NCBI RefSeq assembly: GCF_000014265.1
Contig: NC_008312.1
Span: 5,880,001-5,912,000 of the forward strand
DNA from: Trichodesmium erythraeum IMS101
Lineage (GTDB): Bacteria; Cyanobacteriota; Cyanobacteriia; Cyanobacteriales; Microcoleaceae
Direction of reading: 5' to 3'
Length of the DNA: 32,000 nt
Under the pieces are notes generated by a model. It was not told the DNA's origin, searched no databases, and saw only the letters and a list, made by a program, of their open reading frames with translations. The position numbers and the translations under genes were made by a program. Positions 1-7,336 of this stretch are shown one piece after another (position 1 is the first letter of the stretch; each line of letters begins with the position of its first letter).

Positions 1-1329
1 ACCTATGCAATGACAGAATCTATGCCTATTTGTAGTCCAGAAGTAGGTAAGGGGTTACTCAAGCGTGGCTCTGTAGGTCGCGCTGCTGGTCCGAAAGTAA
101 TTATTGGAGATGTCAAACTAGATGGAAAAGGCAAATCAGTTCTAAGTGTGCTAGAACCTTATGCTGAGGGGGAGGTAATGGTTCAAGGTGCCTGTGTGAC
201 TGCTGGATATGAGTTAAGGGAATGGATGGATTATAATCCTAATAAGGAAGCCTTTATTGACGGTTGGTTAAGGACTGGGGATAAGGGTTATAAAGATAAA
301 GATGGTTATGTTTATCTGGTAGGTCGGTTCAAAGAAATTATTAACCGAGCAGGGGAAAAAATTAGTCCGATGACAGTGGAAGATGTATTGCAGCGTCATC
401 CAGCAGTAGGTCAGGTGGTTGTATTTGCTGCCCCCCATGAACTTTTTGGTGAAGTAGTGGGAGCAGCAATAGTACCAGTTCCCAACCAGACACGACCAAC
501 TCTAGCAGCATTACGTCAGTTTGCTATGAAGCAAAAAGAACTGGAAACCCAGTATTTGCCAGAATGCTTAGTTTGGATGAATGCTATTCCTAAAGGTCTG
601 ACAGGGAAACCTGCGCGAATAGGTTTAGCCAAAAGGTTAGGAATACCTATTCTGACGACTGATGTGACAGCATCACCTCGAACTTTTGTGGCCACAAAAG
701 GAGGGGATGGTAAGTATGTTTTAGAAATATTGGAGAGTCAAATTGAGAATGGAAAAGGAAGTTGTCAGAGCTTACAACAGTTGACTGTTTATTTTACTTC
801 TAAGACAACAGAGTTTTCTTTAAGTCAGTTGTCAGAGTTTGAAGTACGCGATCGCTTTGGTACTCTCAGTCAAATCATGCCTTATGCTTTCGTCCAGTTA
901 GACACATTACCATTAACATCTGATGGAAAAATAGACCGGAAACGGTTACAAAACCCTGAGAAAGATGGTGGTTCTCAAATTGTACAACAAGGAAATGAGA
1001 CTGAGCAAAAGATTGCTGCTATTTGGAAAGAGGTACTGCAAATAGAAGAAGTTGGGATTTATGATAACTTCTTTGAATTAGGAGGTAAGTCTGTACTACT
1101 AATTCAGGTGTATGCCAAGTTACAAGAAATATTTGATATGAATAACTTGAAGGTTGTTGACTTGCTAGCTAACCCTACAGTTTATTCATTAAGTCAGTTT
1201 ATTATCAATGGCGGTACAGCAGAATCAAACAAACAGAGCCAAGTTAGTTATCAGAAGCGTTTAACTAAACGTCTCTCTAAGAAAAGTGAAAGGGGTAATA
1301 TGCGGAAAAAACTCCGTTCTCAAAAATAG
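1..1329 (+). CDS. ANL-superfamily adenylating enzyme fused to a carrier protein (A-T loading didomain); 5' end cut by the window edge
   Basis: The frame is open from nt 1: TYA precedes the listed Met, and YAMTE fits adenylation core A5. The cores appear in order: GEVMVQGACVTAGY (A6), WLRTGD (A7), GRFKEIINRAGEKISP (A8), PKGLTGKPAR (A10, Lys codon 607-609). The carrier domain spans ~997-1212 with FFELGGKS (Ser codon 1090-1092). A Lys/Arg-rich tail spans 1231-1326. Confidence 0.85.
   Translation, partial: TYAMTESMPICSPEVGKGLLKRGSVGRAAGPKVIIGDVKLDGKGKSVLSVLEPYAEGEVMVQGACVTAGYELREWMDYNPNKEAFIDGWLRTGDKGYKDKDGYVYLVGRFKEIINRAGEKISPMTVEDVLQRHPAVGQVVVFAAPHELFGEVVGAAIVPVPNQTRPTLAALRQFAMKQKELETQYLPECLVWMNAIPKGLTGKPARIGLAKRLGIPILTTDVTASPRTFVATKGGDGKYVLEILESQIENGKGSCQSLQQLTVYFTSKTTEFSLSQLSEFEVRDRFGTLSQIMPYAFVQLDTLPLTSDGKIDRKRLQNPEKDGGSQIVQQGNETEQKIAAIWKEVLQIEEVGIYDNFFELGGKSVLLIQVYAKLQEIFDMNNLKVVDLLANPTVYSLSQFIINGGTAESNKQSQVSYQKRLTKRLSKKSERGNMRKKLRSQK
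715..948 (+). other. Vestigial second adenylation C-terminal subdomain (NRPS-type A9-A10) between the complete A domain and the carrier domain
   Basis: QLTVYFTSKTTEFSLSQLSEFEVRDRFGTLSQIMPYAFVQLDTLPLTSDGKIDRKRL matches the NRPS pattern LPxYMxPxxFVxLDxLPLTxNGKxDRxxL. It has its own Lys (codon 928-930) although an A10 motif already occurs ~100 aa upstream. Confidence 0.65.
848..855. repeat. HIP1 octamer GCGATCGC (one of nine perfect copies)
   Basis: Perfect copies read at 848, 5606, 8211, 9581, 11244, 17401, 24613, 24955 and 27355, all inside coding regions. 7/8 variants (GCGATCGA) occur near 9113, 19130 and 29160. Confidence 0.9.
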
Positions 1330-1393
1330 ATAATAGGGAGTAAGGAAAAAACACAAAATTTATTTTGCTTGAATTTACCTGAAATTTAATACC

Positions 1394-1427
1394 TCTAAAA
1401 CCTAAAAGTTAAAATCTAAAACCTAAA
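1394..1427 (+). repeat. 13-nt direct repeat TCTAAAACCTAAA x2, 21 nt apart, in the loader-PKS1 spacer
   Basis: Identical 13-mers at 1394-1406 and 1415-1427, 16 nt upstream of the PKS1 ATG. The context is low-complexity, so function is unknown. Confidence 0.5.
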
Positions 1428-1442
1428 TATATAATAAAAATT

Positions 1443-4400
1443 ATGAATCAGCCAGAAGAACCACAACAATATAATGATAATGAAATTGCTATCATAGGAA
1501 TGTCTGGACGGTTTCCAGGGGCAAAAAACGTGGAGGATTTTTGGGATAATCTCAAGAATGGTGTTGAATCTATCTCATTATTATCAGATAAACAGTTGAG
1601 CAAGTCTGGTGTTGCACCCGAAATACTTAATAATCCCAACTATGTTAAAGTTAATTCTATGGTCTCAGACATCGATATGTTTGATGCTAATTTTTTTAAC
1701 TACAGTCCTAGAGAAGCAGAAGAAATAGACCCGCAACAACGACTTTTTTTAGAGTGCGCCTGGGAAGCAATAGAAAGTAGTGGTTATAACCCAGAAAACT
1801 ATGAAGGTTCAATCGGGGTATATGCTGGAGGTGGACTGCCTACCTATTTAATGTATAACCTGGAAGACCAAGATTTTATTCTACTGGGTAATCGCTACTT
1901 TACCCAAATGGTAGGTAATGACAAAGATTACTTAGCAACCCGCACCGCTTACAAACTAAATCTTACTGGACCAGCGCTCAATATTCAAACAGCTTGCTCC
2001 ACTTCATTAGTTGCAGTACATTTAGCATGTCAAAGTTTGCTCAATGGAGAATGTGACATGGCTCTGGCAGGTGGTGTTTCGATCCAAATCCCTCAAAATG
2101 TGGGATACTTACATCAGGAAGGATTGATCGGCTCTCACGATGGTCATTGTCGAGCCTTTGATGCCAGAAGTTCGGGAACAGTTTTTGGTAATGGTGTAGG
2201 AGTTGTGTTACTTAAACCACTGCAAGATGCTATAGCAGATGGAGATTGTATTCATGCTGTAATTAAGGGTTCGGCGATTAATAATGATGGTTCTTTGAAA
2301 CTGGGTTATACTGCTCCCAGTGTTGATGGTCAAGCTGCAGTTATTTCTGAAGCTCAAGCTGTTGCTAGTGTAACTCCAGAAACAATTACATATATAGAAG
2401 CTCATGGCACGGGTACGGAACTAGGAGATCCGATTGAGATTGAAGCTTTAACAAAAGCCTTTTCAGAGCATACTGATAAAAAACAATTTTGCGCCATAGG
2501 TTCCCTAAAAACAAATGTGGGACACATGAATACGGCGGCAGGGATAGGAGCATTGATTAAAACTGTTTTGACTCTCAAACATAATTTAATACCTCCCAGT
2601 CTACACTACGAAAAACCTAATCCCCAGATTAATTTTAGCGATAGTCCGTTTTACGTCAACAGTACTTTATCTGAATGGAAACGCAACGGCACTCCTCTAC
2701 GAGCAGGAGTTAGTTCTTTTGGTATAGGTGGAACTAACTCTCACGTTGTATTGGAAGAAGCTCCCAGTCAGGTTAAAGAAGAAGATGATTTGCAACGTCC
2801 CGTTCATATATTAACTTTGTCAGCTAAGACTCCAACAGCTTTAGCAGATTTAGTAGATAGTTATCATCATTATCTAGAAACTAATCTAGATTTGGATCTA
2901 GGAGATGTTTGTTACACTGCAAATACAGGAAGAGTTCATTTTAACCACAGATTAGCAGTTGTTGCTGAGAAACAAACAGAATTAACTGAAAAACTGCGAC
3001 AGTTTAAATTAGAAGATAAAGTAGAGGGTATCTGTTCTGGGAAACTGTTAATCAACGCTACTGCTCCTAAAGTCGCCTTCCTATTCACAGGTCAAGGTTC
3101 CCAATATGTTAATATGGGCAAGGAGTTATACGAACAAGCACCAGTATTCAGAGCGGCACTTGATGAATGTGAGGAAATATTAGAGGAACTGGGTGTAAAT
3201 TCTATATTAGAAATTATTTATCCTGAAGGTGGAGAGACATCACCCCTAGACCAAACAGCTTATACCCAACCTGCTATATTTGCCATAGAATACGCCCTAG
3301 CTAAATTATGGGAATCTTGGGGAATTAAACCAGATGTAGTGATGGGTCATAGTGTAGGTGAATATATAGCAGCAACAGTAGCTGGAATATTTAGTTTAGA
3401 AGATGGTCTGAAACTCATTGCAGCAAGGGGACGGTTAATGCAACAGTTACCCGCAGGTGGAGAAATGGTAGCTGTGATGGCATCAGAAGCAAAAGTGAAA
3501 AAGCTCCTCAGACCTTATGCAGAAAAAGTAGCTATCGCAGCAATAAACGGACCAAAAAGTGTAGTTATTTCTGGTGAGGCGACAGCAGTCAGGGAAATTG
3601 TCAGCAGTTTAGAATCAGAAAAAATTAAAACCAAACAATTACAGGTATCTCACGCCTTCCATTCACCATTGATGGAACCAATGTTGGCAGAATGGGAAGC
3701 AGTAGCTAAGGAACTAACTTATCATCAACCAGAGATTCCAGTCATATCTAATGTCACGGGAACAATAGCAGATAAAAGCATCACAACAGCCAAATATTGG
3801 GTAGATCATGTACGTCTACCAGTCAGGTTTGCTGAAGGTATGGATGCTTTACAGAAACAGGGCGTTGAAATTTTCTTAGAAGTCGGACCGAAACCAATAT
3901 TGTTGGGTATGGGTCGCCGATGTCTGCCTAAAGATGTAGGTGTTTGGTTGCCATCATTACGTCCTGAGCACATCCCTCTCCAGTCCTCCTTAGAAAGCGC
4001 GAGGTCAGAGGATTTTTCACAGATGCTTTCTTCTCTGGGAGAGTTATATGTGCGGGGAGTAAAGGTAGACTGGGTAGAATATGATGGAGAGTATAGTCGT
4101 CAGAAAGTAATATTACCTACTTACCCATTCCAACGACAAAGATACTGGATAGATAACTATTCGCGGGGGAGAAATTCTGTTTCAGTCAGTAGCAATAATG
4201 GTTTTGTCACTGAGGAGGGAACATCAAATCCTTTATTAGGTCGTAAATTACTTTTACCCTTTGCACAACAATTCCGCTTTCAGACTAAATTAACTCCTGA
4301 GTTTCCTTCTTATGTGAAAGACCACAGATATTACGGCAAAATAGTTGTAGCTGGTGCGTCTCACATTGTTCTTGGTCTCCTTGCTGGTAAAGAAGCACTA

Positions 4401-7172
4401 AACAGTGATTCTTGCGTTGTCGAAAATATTGAATTTTTGCAGATATTGGGAGCAGATGAAACTTCTAGTCGTACAGTGCAAATACTTCTGGATCAAGAAA
4501 AAGAAACAGAATATACTTATCAATTGATAAGTTGTGAAGCAGGAACAGAATACGACCCATCAACAGTTTGGACGGTTCACGCTAAGGCAAAAGTTCGCTC
4601 TGTTAATAACTCAGAGTTACCGAAAGAAAATATTGATATTGCAGCAGTAAAAAACCGATGTATTCAGTCTCTTTCCAGTGATGAATATTACTCAACTGCA
4701 CTGGAACCCATGAAAGGAGACTTTCACCTAGGACCGACATTTCAATGGACAGAACAAGCTTGGATAAGTAGTACAGAAGGCTTAGTCAAAGTAAAAGCAG
4801 GTGAAAACAATGAAGAGATGCAGGAATATTGGCCTCATCCGGGTATGGTTGATTCTGGAATTGTGCCAGTAGCTCTGTTGTCAATACTTAGGGAGTTGTC
4901 TCAGAATACTGAGAATAATGGTAATGGCAAAAAAAATGCCATTGATAGTGAAATGGAAATTCCTACCTACGCATTTGCTGGAGCTAAGAGCTTTAAGTTT
5001 TTTGATAATTTTGACATTGATGATGATTTGTGGTATTACACCAAAATTGACGAGTCAAGTTCTTATGATCGAGGAGAACTTCTAGGTGAGACTTACTTGC
5101 TCAATGGAGATGGCAAAGTATTAGCAGAATATAGTGGTATAGACTTCCGTCAATTAAGTCGCAAGTTATTGTTGAGGAGCTTTGGACTAGATTTCAGTCA
5201 GTGGTACTATCAAACAGAATGGCAACCTGCTGCTTTGATGCCTGGTGAGACACAGGAAACAGGAACTTATCTGCTATTTTGCCCTACAGGAGAATCAAAT
5301 AGTAAGTTAAAAGAATGGAGCGATAGCCTGAACTCCCAATTATTAGACCAAGGTCATCAATGTATTGTTGTTTATCCAGCAGATAGTTACAAAAAGTTAT
5401 CCTCTGAAGGCAAAAAACAGATAATTCAATTATCTCCAACACAACCAGAACATTTCCAAAAGTTACTTGATGAGGTAAATGAATTAACAGAAGAGTTACC
5501 TTTGAAGGGTGTTATTCACCTGTGGAGTTTAGATACAGATGTTGAGGAGTTGACAAAAACAGAAGAGATAATTTGTGGTAGTATCATTAACTTCTTGCAA
5601 GGGATGCGATCGCTAGAAAAATTACCTCCTCTTTTGTTAGTGACTCAAGGAGCTTCATTAGAAGTCAGAAGCAAGGAGTCAGGAGTCAGTATTAACGCTC
5701 AACCGCAACAAGCTCTTTTATGGGGGGTAGGCAAAGTCATAACTATGGAGTATCCGCAGTTAGACTGTCGTTGTTTAGACCTAGACCCTAATGCTGATGA
5801 ACAAGAAACTTTAAAAGTTTTACTTGATGAGGTCGCTAACCATCAGACATCAACCAGTGTGGAAAATCAAATCCGCTATTGTCAAGGAAAACGTCAAGTA
5901 GCAAGACTAACTCAACCCAGGTTAGATACTGATGCTAAGTTAGCTATTCAGACGGAAGCAAGTTATTTGATTACTGGTGGTTTAGGTGCTTTGGGGTTAG
6001 AAGTGGCTCAATTACTCGTACAGCAGGGCGTTAAGAGTATAGCCTTAGTAGGGCGCAACTCTCCCTCAGAAACCGCCCAGGAAAGTATCCAAGAATTAGA
6101 AGCAGCAGGAACTCAAGTTTCAGTATTCTTAGGGGATGTCTCTGTGGAAAAAGATATGGTTAATATTTTCCAAAAGATACAGACATCCTTACCTCCCCTT
6201 AAAGGTGTAATTCATGCTGCCGGAGTTTTAGATGACGGTTTCATACAACAAATGACTTGGCAACAATTCACAAAAGTTACTGCTCCCAAAGTTACTGGAA
6301 CTTGGAATCTACATAAATTAACAAAAGATATACCATTAGATTTCTTTGTTTGCTTCTCCTCCCTTGCATCAGTGTTAGGTTCCCCTGGTCAAAGTAACTA
6401 TGCCGCAGCTAACGCCTTTATGGATGCAGTGGCCCAATATCGTCAGAATTTAGGATTACCAGGATTGAGTATTAACTGGGGACCTTGGGCAAATGTTGGC
6501 ATCGCCGCTCGGATGGGGGCACAACAACAAGGTCGTCTACAAAGTCAAGGTTTGCAAGGGATTCAAACAGAGCAAGGGTTACAAGCTTTAGAAGAAGTAT
6601 TGGCGACCGATGAAGCACAAATAGCAATATTTAATATTGACTGGCCACACTTGTTGAGTCAGTTTGGACAGATGACTCCAGCATTTCTATCGGAAATAGC
6701 AAGTCAGCATCCACTCCAAGGTAAAGCAAATCAGGGACCTAAACAACGGGAGTTGTTAGAACAAATGAAGGTGGCAACAACTGACCAACGACAAAGGTTA
6801 ATGGTTGATTACTTGATCGGTGTTGTGGCTAAAGTATTGAGGCGGGGTAAAAATGATTTACCAGACCCAGAGGAAGGATTCTTTAATTTAGGAATGGATT
6901 CGCTGATGGCATTGGATTTTGGGCAAATGATTCAGGTTGATTTAGGTATTACTTTGTCCTCAACTTCTACTTTTGAGTATCCAAATATTCAGGCATTAGC
7001 TGAGTATCTAGAGGAAATAATTCCGAAAGTGGATGAAAAAGAGGCTGAGTATGAAACAGATGATACTGCTATTGATGCAGAAAGTCTAATTACAGAGATT
7101 AGTCAGCTTTCAGAAGACAAAATGGATGAAGCTATTGATGAAGCTCTGACTCAACTTTATCAGTTTATATAG
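1443..7172 (+). CDS. Type I modular polyketide synthase, KS-AT-DH-KR-ACP
   Basis: KS ~1479-2756: EIAIIGMSGRFPG, Cys in TACSTS at codon 1995-1997, HGTGT, NVGH. AT ~3075-3962: GQGSQ, GHSVGE Ser codon 3351-3353, and the malonyl-type signature HAFHS. DH ~4224-5162: HRYYGKIVVAGA with His codon 4323-4325, GDFHLGPTF, HPGMVDSG. KR ~5958-6497: GGLGALG, LDD motif, Tyr codon 6399-6401 in SNYAAANAF. ACP ~6795-7022: LGMDSL, Ser codon 6900-6902. An acidic helical C-terminal tail at 7023-7169 looks like a docking element. Confidence 0.97.
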   Translation: MNQPEEPQQYNDNEIAIIGMSGRFPGAKNVEDFWDNLKNGVESISLLSDKQLSKSGVAPEILNNPNYVKVNSMVSDIDMFDANFFNYSPREAEEIDPQQRLFLECAWEAIESSGYNPENYEGSIGVYAGGGLPTYLMYNLEDQDFILLGNRYFTQMVGNDKDYLATRTAYKLNLTGPALNIQTACSTSLVAVHLACQSLLNGECDMALAGGVSIQIPQNVGYLHQEGLIGSHDGHCRAFDARSSGTVFGNGVGVVLLKPLQDAIADGDCIHAVIKGSAINNDGSLKLGYTAPSVDGQAAVISEAQAVASVTPETITYIEAHGTGTELGDPIEIEALTKAFSEHTDKKQFCAIGSLKTNVGHMNTAAGIGALIKTVLTLKHNLIPPSLHYEKPNPQINFSDSPFYVNSTLSEWKRNGTPLRAGVSSFGIGGTNSHVVLEEAPSQVKEEDDLQRPVHILTLSAKTPTALADLVDSYHHYLETNLDLDLGDVCYTANTGRVHFNHRLAVVAEKQTELTEKLRQFKLEDKVEGICSGKLLINATAPKVAFLFTGQGSQYVNMGKELYEQAPVFRAALDECEEILEELGVNSILEIIYPEGGETSPLDQTAYTQPAIFAIEYALAKLWESWGIKPDVVMGHSVGEYIAATVAGIFSLEDGLKLIAARGRLMQQLPAGGEMVAVMASEAKVKKLLRPYAEKVAIAAINGPKSVVISGEATAVREIVSSLESEKIKTKQLQVSHAFHSPLMEPMLAEWEAVAKELTYHQPEIPVISNVTGTIADKSITTAKYWVDHVRLPVRFAEGMDALQKQGVEIFLEVGPKPILLGMGRRCLPKDVGVWLPSLRPEHIPLQSSLESARSEDFSQMLSSLGELYVRGVKVDWVEYDGEYSRQKVILPTYPFQRQRYWIDNYSRGRNSVSVSSNNGFVTEEGTSNPLLGRKLLLPFAQQFRFQTKLTPEFPSYVKDHRYYGKIVVAGASHIVLGLLAGKEALNSDSCVVENIEFLQILGADETSSRTVQILLDQEKETEYTYQLISCEAGTEYDPSTVWTVHAKAKVRSVNNSELPKENIDIAAVKNRCIQSLSSDEYYSTALEPMKGDFHLGPTFQWTEQAWISSTEGLVKVKAGENNEEMQEYWPHPGMVDSGIVPVALLSILRELSQNTENNGNGKKNAIDSEMEIPTYAFAGAKSFKFFDNFDIDDDLWYYTKIDESSSYDRGELLGETYLLNGDGKVLAEYSGIDFRQLSRKLLLRSFGLDFSQWYYQTEWQPAALMPGETQETGTYLLFCPTGESNSKLKEWSDSLNSQLLDQGHQCIVVYPADSYKKLSSEGKKQIIQLSPTQPEHFQKLLDEVNELTEELPLKGVIHLWSLDTDVEELTKTEEIICGSIINFLQGMRSLEKLPPLLLVTQGASLEVRSKESGVSINAQPQQALLWGVGKVITMEYPQLDCRCLDLDPNADEQETLKVLLDEVANHQTSTSVENQIRYCQGKRQVARLTQPRLDTDAKLAIQTEASYLITGGLGALGLEVAQLLVQQGVKSIALVGRNSPSETAQESIQELEAAGTQVSVFLGDVSVEKDMVNIFQKIQTSLPPLKGVIHAAGVLDDGFIQQMTWQQFTKVTAPKVTGTWNLHKLTKDIPLDFFVCFSSLASVLGSPGQSNYAAANAFMDAVAQYRQNLGLPGLSINWGPWANVGIAARMGAQQQGRLQSQGLQGIQTEQGLQALEEVLATDEAQIAIFNIDWPHLLSQFGQMTPAFLSEIASQHPLQGKANQGPKQRELLEQMKVATTDQRQRLMVDYLIGVVAKVLRRGKNDLPDPEEGFFNLGMDSLMALDFGQMIQVDLGITLSSTSTFEYPNIQALAEYLEEIIPKVDEKEAEYETDDTAIDAESLITEISQLSEDKMDEAIDEALTQLYQFI

Positions 7173-7248
7173 AATTGAGAATTTAGAATTGAGAATTCAG
7201 AATTGAGAATTAAGGAGTTAGGAGTCAGTTATCAGCTCACAGTTATTA
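7172..7248. repeat. STRR-like tandem heptamer array (11 consecutive G-N5-A heptamers)
   Basis: Reads GAATTGA GAATTTA GAATTGA GAATTCA GAATTGA GAATTAA GGAGTTA GGAGTCA GTTATCA GCTCACA GTTATTA. It starts at the last base of the PKS1 stop codon. Confidence 0.85.
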
Positions 7249-7279
7249 GTCTTGCCTAAAGATACTGAACTCCTCCACT

Positions 7280-7288
7280 CCCCCCCCC
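7280..7288. repeat. C9 homopolymer tract in the PKS1-PKS2 spacer
   Basis: Nine consecutive C in an otherwise AT-rich spacer, 48 nt upstream of the PKS2 ATG. Confidence 0.9.
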
Positions 7289-7336
7289 ACTCCAATACTC
7301 CCTATTCCCTAATATTTACTAAAGAAGGAATTAAAC

